Positions 39,842-52,537 of a stretch of DNA of 64,000 bases are shown here, piece after piece. The notes under the pieces are model-generated. The model made no database searches, had not been told where the DNA came from, and saw only the letters and a list, made by a program, of their open reading frames with translations. Origin of the DNA: Macrostomum hystrix (Eukaryota; Animalia; Platyhelminthes); the NCBI GenBank assembly GCA_950097015.1, contig CATNEN010000001.1:7750001-7814000 (forward strand), written 5' to 3'. The position numbers were made by a program, and so were the translations under genes. Position 1 is the first letter of the stretch. The number at the start of each line of letters is the position of its first letter.

Positions 39842-40951
39842 TGTAGTGTCAGCTTGTTTGCCTTCTATCTCCCCGTGTTATTATTCAGTACTTATTTTTA
39901 GACACGTGTTTTTGCTAAAAGTCACCCACGCCAAGCCGGGCCGGACCAGCCGGGGGAACGGACGCCCACCACCCCGCGAGCGCTACCCCTGGGCTACAGT
40001 CCCGGCCAATCAGCGAGCGACCCGGCCTCACTACCTGTCTACCCTCTGCAAGAAGCTACCCCGGGGCAAGAACGGCGGTCGCAAGTCTACTGTGATTTGT
40101 TGCCTTGGCTCAAGCTACAGCCAGGCATCCACCTCGCCGATCGACCTAATTTGTGGTTAAAATGACTCTATAAAAGGAAGCGTGTTTTTGCAGTGACTTT
40201 TATCGTTCTCCGCAATTCGCCTCACACTGTGAGAAGCACGTGCAAACCAGTCCACTTTGTTTTGTCTCTCCCCGCCCGACCACGCTCCGCTTGTTCAGTT
40301 AGGTAGCTTTTGGCGCTACGCGTCTTGAGAGTGTGCCGCTGACAAGTGTGGTCTAGATAGGCGCTTGTTGTCGAAGTCAGTACGTGCTCTCTTCGGAGAC
40401 TCCGCCGTCAGGCAGAAGGAGTGCCAACCGATAGGAGCTGTCGGGGCAGCGCTGAAAGCAGAGACAACCGGAGCCTCTCGGGAAGAGTAGGGCGCGGATT
40501 AGGCCAGTTTAGGTAAAATTGTTATATCCAAATTGTTTGACCGAACTTGCTTTTCACTGTGAGCGCGCTATAATTTATTTCCGTGTGAACATCCCTATTC
40601 TGTCAGTGTAACTTTTAAATCAAGTAAACGAGATTCAAATCAATTCCTACTCTTATCTGGAATCTTAGCGAGTCACAGATTAACACTCACTCCCAATCAA
40701 TTTATTCGAGTCTTCGTGTTCACACTGTGTTATTCTTTTTCATTGGGAGTTTCGCCGGGCCGGAGGGACACGCGGGTCTCATCGCTTATCTATTCCACTT
40801 CGCTCGCTACCACAGTCTCTAACGCTATTTAATTCCAGATTTCCCTGCTGCTATTGAAACGATTGGTAGGACACCGACCTCGGTGAATAGTGAATAGTCG
40901 CTAGCTTTAAATTCCTCACGCTCCTGCAGCTAGGACATTCATTTTATTACA
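39842..40951 (+). mobile_element. Solo LTR (Gypsy-like)
   Basis: TGTAGT...ATTACA termini, 4-bp TSD ATGT on both sides, internal TATA box CTATAAAAGG at ~40168 after a GC-rich U3-like block. Confidence 0.8.
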
Positions 40952-41199
40952 ATGTAACCTTCTTAATTAACCAAGTTTAAACTAACTCGTATATATAAAC
41001 TATACATCATGAAGAAGTGTTTTAGTGTTTTAGTCACTTCAAAAAATGTTTCTGAACTTTGATGATAAGTTAAAACAGAAAATAAATTCATCGATACGTA
41101 CGAATGTACAAGATTTACCAGATTTCGTTACCTGGTTTTGATCTATAGCAAAGTTCAGTTATCTATATATAAAGTTAGCATTTCAACAAGAGGAAAACA

Positions 41200-41380
41200 T
41201 ATTTAGTGTCCTAAATTCACTATAGTGCATTAGTTATTCCAGCTGCTAAATTAGTACCAGAAATAGTTGCAAGGGTAAAATTTCGGGTATAATTTGTCCC
41301 CGACCCAGTCCATGGACTGAGCAGCTGTACACGGCCAGGGAACAGCTGCTGATGTGGCACAGGCTGTATGTTTGGTCCAA
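41200..41380 (+). mobile_element. SINE family B copy, antisense just 3' of the fucolectin gene
   Basis: CCAGCTGCTAAATTAGTACC core-like block and CAGTCCATGGACTG. Confidence 0.6.
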
Positions 41381-41404
41381 TGTTTTCAATTGAAATTCAG
41401 ATTT

Positions 41405-44400
41405 TCAGCCAAAAGCTTGAAACTCGCAAATGCACACTGGGTAGTTATTTTGGTTAACAACCCGAACCCTGCTACCAAATCGATTACAGCTGAAGTTGGC
41501 AATCGAGAACGGCGCAAACAAATTTACGAAGTTACACTCGACACCGTCCACTAGCAGTAAGAAGCTATTGAGTCGCTCAGGGCAGCAGTCCTGCCTGTTG
41601 TAGATTGTAACGTAGGAGACAAGAGCTGGCCTGACTAGTTTCGCCTCGAACCATTCAAAACTTTTGTAATCAGTATGGCTGCACGAGTTTAAGTAATAGT
41701 TCTGACTAGTATTGCCATCAATCGCTCGAGTACAGTTCATGCCCCATGCTGTGGAACTTTGGTTGCAACCGCTGATGCTTAGCTGTGAATCCCGTTGTTC
41801 AGAAGAATCTACAATAGAAAAACACTAAATGATAATTGTGAAGTGTACATCGAAATATGTTCAATATGATTGTAACTTCGAAATCAGATATTTGATTAAA
41901 CTTTCAATCTAGAACGTTGACCAACGCTGAGAAGTTTAACGTTTTATGTTCATTCAGCCAAGGACTTCTATACAATAGCATCTGGACTGGAAGCAAAGAA
42001 ATACCCATTTACCTCATGAGGCCAGTTTTTCCCCTGCTTTCTATGGAATCTGTCAAACTGGGAAATGCAAGATCAGAAATTCAAATATCGGAAATGCAGA
42101 GATGTAATGTTAACTGGCTAGTTCCTTTCTTCAGATTATTAATTTATGTTTACCTTGAAGCAACAACGCAAATTCAAAAGAATGAACGCATGTGCAGGTG
42201 TGCTTCAAACAATCGGTAACAAACAAAACACGTAGGCAATGGTAACGTAGAACTTGCAGAATAGTGCTCACAGAGGTCATATTGGCATCAAATGAAAGTT
42301 ATTTGTCTGTTCTTGCACTGGAAAGTTTGGCCGACTTTCGCTTACTTCGAGCCCCAGCTCCACCAACCCAAACGTCCTTGACTGCATTTTTCATCATGCA
42401 GTTGAAAAATGCATGGTGAATACCTTTTTTCTCATCATGGCCATCCGTGCACATCGTCTGACCCATGAAATGTTCCAGATAGTTGCTGTCATCCATCATC
42501 TCATCGACAATGTGACAGAACAGCTGCATCTGGTTGGGCGCATGCAGCAGCCGTCTGCGCAGTTCATTGCTCTGCCGGATCTCCTCGAACACCTGCCAGC
42601 AGTGTCTGGCCAGCCCGAAAGCGATATCAGACGGCTTGGATAGGCCACCCCGGTTGATCTCCTCCAAGAAGACGATGGCCGTGGCCTGAATCCCGCCATC
42701 AGTCTCAAGAGGCGGCAGATCGTCAGAGCCTAGCAGAAGTTCGCGGCAAAGATGCGCACCCGCACTTCCTTTGCACGAATTTCTTAGCGACTGCTCCACT
42801 TATATAGTAGATTACGGTACGGTCAGAGCTCAATGGCTGGATATTCATCTCTGACATCTTGCTTGCTAACTCTCGCGCCAGTTCCTTCACGCGCTGATCC
42901 TTGGGTGTAGTATTTGAGTGCATCTCGAGTTGAATCACAAAATACTGCCACTGCCAGCTTCACTCACGACTTCTCGATGTTCTTAGGGTTCAGCACAGCA
43001 GGGCTGAGCTTGTGAGCAAGTGTCACCGGTTTGTTGGCTTCAGCATTGAACAGCTCACCGATGTGACAAAAGTGAGCGTCGCAGGCTTCTGTAAAAACTG
43101 GTGGGAATGCTGGGCAGCGAAATGATTTCCGTGTCTGGAAGTCGTTGTATATGTTCTTGAGGTTGTGCACGGGATCGATCACAATGAAGATAGGCTGCCC
43201 TGTGACCCTATCAGTAGTTGACTCATTATTAACGGATATTGCAATGATGGAGAACTGCAGGCTGCGCAGCAAATCCATGACATCCTGGAACCAGTGACTG
43301 AGCTTCTGTGCTGTCAGCTTTGCCACAGGAAACATGGACACCTTGTCCTTGTACTTGCCTGCAATTGGCATTATCAATTATATAGATCTCATCAATCATC
43401 AGCACCACAACTCGCTCTATCTGTGTCAGCTTGGACGCTCGCAGCCGAAGGTAACTCTGAGAATCAATCCATCCTTTCCAATTCTCCGCGTGACTGATCG
43501 CAGAGTTCGCTCTGATGGCAGGCAGAGAATCTCTTGCTCACGTAGAAGCCCGTAAGCTGCAGCACTTACTGAATAAATCATGTAGCACAAGACCATCAGC
43601 TGTTGAGAGTATCTCCTCGAGGTCTTTGGCTCACAGCTCAACTGCAGCTGCTCTCGAATAAAAGTCACCGACCTGTCTTCCTTTTGCTCTGAAGCACTTG
43701 TCAGATTGTTGTGGGCCATGTCCATGAAGTGAGCGAAATGATTCTCAACAACAACGTTCAAGTCCTTCTTTCAAATTTTTGACTCGAGCCATCAAATTCA
43801 CACCTTCACTGATGGAAGAAACTTTTCCATACGAGCCAACCAATTTTATCACCTGGTCTTGTAACAGTGCTGTGCCATTCAGACCAACGGAGACTTTGTG
43901 ATTCGGTCCAATGCAGATGGAGCACGCAACCTGGCAGACATGCTTTTCCTCCAGGATGAAGATGCATAGGAACTCGTTGCAAATTGCAGTTTGAAAGCCA
44001 TCTGGTCTCGTTTCCTCTGATTCGAGCAATTCTTGAATTTCTCGTGGCTAGTATGTGCTCCGAGCTGCTTGCCGGACAGAAGAAAGGTATGCAGGTGCAT
44101 TAGGAAAGATAGTTGGCACCGCATCTTGCCTCAGATAACGCTTGGTCAGCAGTTCTTTCTTCTCTCTGCGAGTGATATTGCTATCTCGAGTTGTTTCGAC
44201 GAAGTCCTCAGTGGTGAAATGAAGCGAGCAGATACGAGAATACTTGGTGGGCTGAAACGCCTTCCTCGGATTTGCCTTATTCCATTTTTTCAATAGACTC
44301 GGATTGTTGAGTGGATAGCAATGAAATGTCACAGTACCTGGCGTTGAACTATTAGCGAAGCCGCTCTTGCAACCGAATGCGGAACACTTGTTCACCACAG

Positions 44401-45273
44401 TGAAGGGTATGCTTTCATGGCGCAGAAATCCTTGGCAAAGAAATCTGAGGAAACTGCGTTGAGTATAAAATGAAACAAAAAACTAGCTTTTTACCATAGA
44501 CATTCGAATCGGTCTTTATTACAGTTATAGCTGTCATTAATGAATAATTTTTTCTCAAGCATGTCTCGACCATAGACAACAGCCTTTCACTTCATCTCCC
44601 ATGTGAGGCGTTTTTGTCTATGGTCAAGACATGGTTGAGAGGAACGACTATAAAGTGAAAGGCCTTTGATTCCCCGCTATAACTGTGTAATAATACCAAT
44701 AGTGCATTGTTTCCTCGTGCGCTAATTTCTATGACCTAAAAGACCAAGCATTATTTAGTCATTAATGGTGTCAAACGAAAACGCTGTCCGCTGTTCGCTG
44801 TCCACAAAATTTTTTGCGGTCATTTGCGTAGGTTGACCTTGAAAAAATTGTACCATTAACCAATGAAAATAAAAACCGGATAATTCTGGTATCAATCAAA
44901 TGTGTGTGACCTTGGGCGCCAAGTGAAATAATTGAATGTTCATACCAAGTTTTCTAACGTAGACGGCGCAGCTTTTAGCGACTGTAGGCCAAAAATTTGA
45001 GCCAAACGCGGTCCTATTGAACAGCCAGCAGAAACTTTGAAGCCGATAGAAGCCAAAGCACACCTGCTTGACAGAGCATAGAGAGGAGCAAACAATCCTA
45101 CTGCCCTTGTCTGGCAAGACTTCGGAAGCCATTGGGACTGAGAAGCTGCTCAAATTTACTGCCTGAAAGGTGCTTTCGGACGTGCTTTTGCTCGAAACCA
45201 GGAGCAGATGTTGAACGGCGACTAAAGCCACGATCAAGCTCTGGAGCGCAATGCGAGCCTGTACGTCTAGCAT
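41405..45273 (-). CDS. Secreted PAN/apple-like + F-type lectin (fucolectin) protein, 2 exons
   Basis: Exon 45273-44946 (signal peptide, CSSLC..CFGF..CWL) splices in phase 1 to 41808-41405 (QSST, AIDGN, CSHT, IYNRQDCCPERL, ICEFQAFG). Confidence 0.85.
42299..44398 (-). mobile_element. Fragmented P-element-like transposase with THAP domain, inside the lectin intron
   Basis: THAP: CSAFGC..FHCYP..W..ICSLHF..AVPTIF; transposase motifs LPSERTLR, DPVHNLKN, NRGGLSKPSD; several frameshifts and deletions. Confidence 0.85.
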
Positions 45274-46019
45274 GATACAGGTGCCAATCTGGATTCGCTT
45301 TCCAACCTGTAATATTGCGGGTTAACTGCACAGCTCAGACAAATCAGAGATTAAACTGTTTAAGCCACAACTGCTTTCGATATCCTCACAAATTCCTTGT
45401 TGCGCCTAAAATTCTGCTGTTTTCGACACATTTAGTTGCTTTATAATGTTCTAATGATTTTAAGATGTCAATCTAATTTAAATTGTGTCTTGAGGATAGA
45501 AAAACGAACGCCTGTTTGCTAGATCGAATACGTAGAAGACTTGAAAAGAAGAGGATATGATGATTCTTATCTCATCTTAAGAGCTTATCTCATCTCCAGA
45601 CAAAATTTAAGTAAATATACGCGACAAAATTCGATGCTTATTTGCTCAGAAAAGAACACTTTCAATGGCCAGCTGTAATGGGTTAAATATTTTGAATTAA
45701 AGAAGCACCCTTTCTTTTTCAAATAATATACCAACTTTGAGGCAGTCCCGAAGATAAATAAAGTAATTTGCAAAGCAATTTTCAGCGTGAATTGTTCCAA
45801 AATCTTATATTGCTACACCCAGTCATTGGTATTTACTCGCAGTCCTAAACCAGTTCATATGGCTAGGTGTGGCAGCCTGACCAGTCTATGGACTGAACAG
45901 GAGGTGTACACAGAATGTAGAATAAAATGACTTTCTGCGTCGCCAAGCTACAACACGCGGTTCCTTCAATAAATTATCGAAACTGAGAAAGTATAAGCGC
46001 CAGCGATATCTTGACTTAC

Positions 46020-46650
46020 ATGACTTAGGTTGAGGGGGCATCCTCCGGATGCAGGAGGCGTCCAGTCGCGACTATTGCGCTAGCCCCTAGTGACCACGGG
46101 CAACTAAAGCTGGGGTGTCGCGCAGGGGGATCCGGTGATGCCGGCGTCCACGGCGCGGTAACGAACGAGCTGGCGGATGTTCACAGGCCTACAAACGTCG
46201 GAGAGGTCCGGGTTTGGGCCGAGATAGGTGAGCCTGTCCTGAGTGAAGGCGGGGCAGTCGCAAATAAAATGCTCTGCATCCTCAACGTTGGAGAGGCAGA
46301 AAAGGCACTCCTCACTGCGGATTTTGCCTTGCAGGAAGCGGTGTATAGCGAAACAGCCATTGCCAGAGAGAGCCATGGTGACTGCCCTGATGTCCCTGCG
46401 GTTAAGTCCAAGCAGGGCTTTGCGGAGGGCAGTGGAGGGACAAGGAACAGCAGCGCGAGCCTGCCGACAACCAGCGGTGTTGATCCACCCGTCCTTCGAG
46501 GTCACACACTGGTTAATCCAAATGTTGACGACGGCGAAAGGGGTGGAGAGCGAACCAGGCACGGGGCCAAAAAGCGAGCCCGTCGAACTGGCCTTGGCAA
46601 GGCTGTCGGCCGATTCGTTACCGCGGGGTGGCCAGATGCCCTGGAATCCA
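46020..46650 (-). mobile_element. 3' fragment of an RNase H-bearing non-LTR retrotransposon (I/Loa/R1-like)
   Basis: [10 protein letters not shown] (RNase H end) and [15 protein letters not shown] zinc knuckle. Confidence 0.8.
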
Positions 46651-46699
46651 CCTTAGGGAGACCTTGTTATGTGTCCCTTAGGTGCTTAAGTCCACGACT

Positions 46700-46930
46700 T
46701 TACAGGAAGAGAGATGTAGAAAAAGTACACACGCACATAGATACTGTACGCAGGCACACACTTTCTCATCGTCAGGCAATGTGCACTTTCAATGTATACC
46801 ATATAGAGGTTGGCCCAAAAAGGTGTAAATTACATGACAAGCTCCAAATGAATGTAGTCTCGCCGCGGAATCGAACTCGGGGACCTTGGTGAGAGAGAGA
46901 CAAACGCGTTAGACAGCTCTGTCACTCGCC
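46700..46930 (-). mobile_element. tRNA-derived SINE, family A, second copy
   Basis: GAGTTCGATTCCGCGGCGAG..CATTCATTTGG shared with 8690-8952. Confidence 0.7.
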
Positions 46931-47369
46931 CACCCGATATTTGTATCCCTATACTTTGCATCCACAATTGTTACCACTTTACTGTTTAATAAACCAGCGG
47001 TTATATCATCCGATGGTAAAATAATTAAAGGCAGTTCGAAAGAAAGATAGACTTACTCACGAAAGAATTCTGGTTAAAAATTAAAAAGAAAATGGACTAT
47101 GTGCGAATATTAAAGTGCAAGTGTGAACACTTATCGTTTTGCATAAAAATTGTATGCAGACATCTGGCCAGAATAACTTTTTTAAGTTAAAGCAGTTAAA
47201 TTTTTCAGCAGAGAGTCGCTCTATGATATGATATTGCGGTTGCAAGATCAGTATAGTGACAATTTGCAGTCACGGCTAATGCCACCAAGAGAATTGATGG
47301 CTGCGTTCTGCTGCATTCACACGCACCGCATTGTCAGCTTGTCGATTGAGTTTCAGTTGCAAGCAGAAA

Positions 47370-47740
47370 ATCACAGTTTTCAGGCTGACCACTCTCAGTT
47401 TGCTGCCGAACCCGGCCCAGCTGAAGTTGGCCACGGAGAAGGGCATTGTGAGGTTGACTCGGTTGCACTCAACTCCATCCAGACGCAGTGTGAACTGCTT
47501 GAGTCGATCAGAGCAACAGTCCAGCCTGTTGTAGACGGTGACGCACGATACGAAAGCAGGTTTCGCCAGTTGCGCCTGCCACCACTCAAAGCTTGTTCTA
47601 TCTGTGTGGGTGCAAGACCCCATAAAGTAGTCTTGGGTAAAATTGCCATCAAGTGCTAGAGAGCATTGCTTAGACTGGAAAGTCGAGCTCTGATTGCAGC
47701 CAATTGTACACAGCTTCTACAATTGAGCGTTAGAGACGTC
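47370..47740 (-). pseudogene. Damaged fucolectin paralogue exon
   Basis: CNQSST..ALDGN..SCTHT..VYNRLDCCSDRL; in-frame TAG near the acceptor, loss of the terminal CEF strand, no PAN exon found. Confidence 0.65.
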
Positions 47741-48109
47741 TGGTAAAATTTAAGTATAGAATGACTCCAAAAACGTGATATAAAATCTACAAGTGTCAAT
47801 AAGAACAATCGGATTCTCTCCACTGTTTTTAGTTTTAGATAAACCAATAAAGATACGAATTAATTGTCTGCGATGCAAGTGTTGCAGGGCTATTCTATAA
47901 TATTTAATATCCCACTGATGCCACCAAAGTTGTACCAGGTCTGATCTCACTGCTGCTGTTTCAAATAGATATTTTAGACTGGCGGTCCTTAAATGGGCCG
48001 TTTCAACTTCTCAATATGGTAGCGCATGTGTTGCACGAGCGGTAATTAGGCACTATATGTACTTTTCAGCCGATTAGGCGTTCCCGAGATTAGAGTTTAG
48101 CAGTTCCCT

Positions 48110-48270
48110 CTTAGTAATATTCTTAGTATAAATCTGAGTATATGTCTTAGTATGGTTCTTAATATGGTTCTCAGTATAGTTCTTAGTATGGTTCTTAGTA
48201 TGGTTCTTAGTATAGTTCTTAGTATGGTTCTTAGTATAGTTCTTAGTATGGTTCTTAGTATAGTATACTC
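48110..48270. repeat. Short 12-bp tandem repeat (TTCTTAGTATGG)
   Basis: About a dozen copies. Confidence 0.85.
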
Positions 48271-48980
48271 AGTATATCTCTCAATATCTTCTCACAAATG
48301 GCTAACACAATGAATTCTTTCCTCAAATCACTCTTTTATATCTCGAACACACTTAAAGCTTCAACAATGACTTGACTTTCGGCCAACAATTTTACTCACA
48401 CACTCTCTCTCACTCTCTTACACGCACGGCGAGTTTATTTTTCTGTCTGAAAAACTGCGGCTATATATACAATAGTTTTTTAGCATTTGTTTAAATGGTG
48501 AATTTTCACAAAATATTTACTCGGTAATCATTAAAACAAAAATGTTCATACAGTATTACTTTCAATATAGTAAAGAGTAAAACAAAATTTTGTTATTTTT
48601 GGCTTGTATTTAATTTTTAGATTTTTTAGTCTTTTTATAAAACGTACATTTACAACAAAAAAATGAAACATATACAACAAAACTAAAACTGATAATGTAT
48701 TTACACCGTTACACAAGGACTACTAAAGGACTGCTAGTGCTAACTATACTTGTGGTCCTTGCAGCGATGCTGGTTGTACAACTGCCCTTAAACACTAGCT
48801 CCCTGATCGTACAAAATAACCGGCTGAAGAAGCCGCACAGCTCGACTGCGGGCTGGCCTGGTCGGTTGAAGAATGCCGAAGCGTTGAACAGTCGGCACAG
48901 ACCGTCGAGCCAGCGGAAGCTGAAGCAGACGGCTCCTCTGGCAACACACTGCTGGGACAGACAGTGCAGCCTCCCGAACA

Positions 48981-49516
48981 ACAACAACAACAAAGGACGA
49001 CAACCCAAGGCCGAAGCCAAAGGGGGCTGCCGTCAAAAGGCACGTGCAAGAGCAGAGTGGCGCAGAATTGTCAGTCCGCGGGGGTCGGAGATTCCAGCGT
49101 CAGTCAGTAGCAGTTCAGGGTAGCGTAGCGCCCTCGCCTGACCACGCCGCCAGGGCCCCCGCAGTGAAAGCAGCAGCACGTCCTGCAGTGGCTCGGGGCA
49201 GCGCTGCTCCGCACGGATGGCGTGGCCAGCCAGCAGCTGCAGGCGCCGGATGCGCAGCAACTGACTTGGCCGGCAGAGCTGGGCCCGGCGATAGAGCTGA
49301 TCATAGTTGCTGGTGTTGGTGACGGCAGTCGGCGAATAGTGGACGCTGAAAGCGGCTCGCAGGAGTCCAGCGTGGGCGGCATCGAGTTGCTTCTCCTGCG
49401 TGCCGTTCAGAGTCCACGGCAGCCTCCCGACTCCGGACAGATCGGCGAAGTAGGACGGCTCGGGCAGGCAGCCGCGGCTGACCATGAGCGTCTGAACCGC
49501 GGCGATGGCAGATAGG
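48981..49516 (-). mobile_element. 5'-truncated RTE-like non-LTR retrotransposon
   Basis: WTL..LD..LLR..LY..IRRLQLLAGHAIR RT C-terminus, (TTG)n tail, possible 5-bp TSD GAACA. Confidence 0.75.
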
Positions 49517-52500
49517 GAACACTGACTATAAGTCCCCACAGCAGAAGCAGCAGCTGTGGACTTAAAAGCTGCAACTGCATTTAGAAGAAATTTTAACGCA
49601 TTAAAAACGTAGAACTCGCAAACATGGATTGCTTAATTTCAACATTTACTGCATATCACAATCATTTATCGCTTCATATACGAAATTTTATAAAAATCGG
49701 CGTGGAAAAAAAGTTTACTTTCAAAGAATCCATTAATTTCCGGAATGTTTGCATCTACCTATTTGAACAAGGTTCCTCTCTTGTGCTAGAACCGGACGTT
49801 TCGGAGGCAAATAGTTACAAAGTGAAATTTAGTGCTTCTCGTTTTTTACTGTATTCGGGTGATCGTCTTAACTATGTTGTTTGCTTTACTAAAGTAAATT
49901 TTACTAGGCGTGTCACTCATTGTCAACTATAACAATTAAACGGTTATTCGTTATGCGAATTTTTTTATTAGTAAACGATTTGCTACATGCAGTATCTGAT
50001 CCATACTCCTGGTTCTAAAGGTATCACTTGTAGCTCCTAGTTGTAGTCTGTACGAGTGTATTTCGTGCATACTGTATGTATATAGTTCATATAGCGAGGT
50101 ATTCTTAGGTGATTACTAGCATGACGCTATATATAATATATATCGAGGTGATCGTGTTTTTGATCGCTACGAAAGTATGATCGCTAAAAATAGTATGAGA
50201 AATCGTATTTGGGGCTCCAGTGAGTAATCTAAGAGTCGTTTGCGATTATATAAGGGTAATTAGATAAAATATAAAGAAGATGATTAAACAGGAGATGTTG
50301 GTATAATATGGTGATAGACAGATTAAAATAACACCCCAAAGCCCATAACAGCAAAATAGCAGTCGGATGTGAAAAAAAGAATTTAACAAACAAACAAGTT
50401 ATAACACCTAAATTTACACATTAGTATACTATTTAACCTTTTTCTAGAAAAAATGAAAAAGTCAGATCTAATTAAAACTTTTTTCATTTGTTGTTTTTGT
50501 GTTTACATTTAAAATGCGTCTCTTTATATTTTTCTATCCAATTGTACCGACCGACCGACATGTCATATATTATGTAATTTACATTATAGGCCTATTTAAT
50601 CATTCCCCAGTTCTTAATTATTTTATTCGTTTGTTTTGCTGTTCATTGCTAATGCCTATTGTGCAAATGTGTTATGTTTGTTTTCACTGTAAAGTACTTG
50701 TTTAGCTAGGCCCTAAAATTTAATTAAAGCACGCTTTATAGGCTATTAGGCCTAATATTAGTAATGAGCCCAGTGTCTTTCCGAGATCAAGATTTAGACA
50801 TTTTGACAATTAAATTTGTATTCATGATTTATTATTTAGCAAGTGGCCTTTTTTTGTGCATGGTGAGGCATTGTACATTGCATATAGAACAAAAAGTATA
50901 TACAAATCATTCAAATTAGTCAATTTGCTGGTATTCTATCTGCTCACTGACATAATAGCAATTTCTTATTCTAGTTCATGCCATGTTGGCCAACTTGTCT
51001 CTGGGCAGACAAGATTGTAGTAGACAAAGAGACTAAAACATACCTATCTCTAGGCCTAGGCCCTAGACACCTTGCTAGAATAATAAAATCTCTGGTCCTA
51101 GATAAGATATTGTGTGTATCAGAATTTAAAAAATAAATTTAAAACTATACTATAGATGTGGGGCTACTTTGATACATTTCAATGGGGCCTTCAAGCTCCA
51201 CATAATTTTAATAAAGATTTTTCTAGTGCTTGTCAAGTATCAGAAATAATTTTTTGACCTTTTAGTTCTAAACTTTTTGCAATCAGTTCTTTTTTATGTG
51301 CAGGCTTTCAGAATTAAAGTATATAAAAAATTACATTGTTATTATTTTTTCCTAATTCCTCTTAAACAGTGAACATAAAATGTGGTTTGAATCCTCAATT
51401 AGCTACTATGATACTATTACTATATTGATTTGTCTTGTAGACTTCTTACTAGGCTGGACCTATTAAAAAAATATTTTGTTCTAACATTTAATTTTAATAA
51501 TTCAACATAATAAGGTACAGTGTTACCATAACAATTTACAAAAATGCATATACAGACAGCTATGTGTAGCTAAGACCATTGACCATAGCTTCACATGTAT
51601 CTAAGATGTGAATAAATGACTAAAAATGTGCTAGAAGCCTAGAGATACATGTATTTGTTAGATCTAGGTATATAGCAACATTGTAGTGCTACAAATTAGT
51701 GCAAGCTAGTCACCAGTATTGTATTTAGTACACAATAGAAATTAAAATTTCAATTGAATATTGGTCCAATGTAAATTTCATATTTTAATTTATCATTACA
51801 TTAAGATGCCTTTTTATAAGCAAAAATTGCAACAACTCAGCATTATGGCTAGGCTATAGAAGATAGCCACTAGGTAATTTCATGAATTTCATTAATGGGA
51901 TGGAAATTTCATAATTGCCACTTTATAGGCATTATTTATTATCATGTCCATTATATGATGTGGCTTGAATATGGACATAGAGACTGTCTATTATTCCTAA
52001 GTTATTTTGCAATAATATTGTTAATATTAGGGTAAGGGACTTGGTAGCCATGTGTATAATGTTGTAGCTAATAGGCACATAAGCTGTAATTACTCCTTTA
52101 ATTATAACTTGAGTTAATATTAACTTAATTTCTAAATTTCTAAAGATTCACTTCAAAGAGTGTAGTTGGTAGTGAGCCACCCATTAATTGGGCCTAGATG
52201 CCAATATCAATCTCACTAATTTAATTTTTGTATTGGCCTATTTGTTTATCTTTCAAATGCATGTTAAGTTAATCATTTGTATAATAGATTTATGGTAGGT
52301 ATTAGCCTTAGTGAATCCATTATTATTAAAAAATGTGTCATTATTATATGCATAATATCAAAGAAAAAAAATATTTTTTCAAGTTTTTAATTTTAGAGCA
52401 TTAAAGTATGCATTCAACCAACCAAGGCTATATGCATTTCCAGAGCCATTTGTAGTGTTCTAACTGTACAATAACCAAAAAATCAGCACAATAAAAGCTG

Positions 52501-52537
52501 AGACCAGAAGCTATTAAAGGACATTCCAACACCCAAA

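Noticed and set aside
46755-46790. CTGACGA-TGA-GAAA on - as a hammerhead ribozyme
   Set aside because: No stem II or convincing stems I/III, and the motif is absent from the other copy of this SINE
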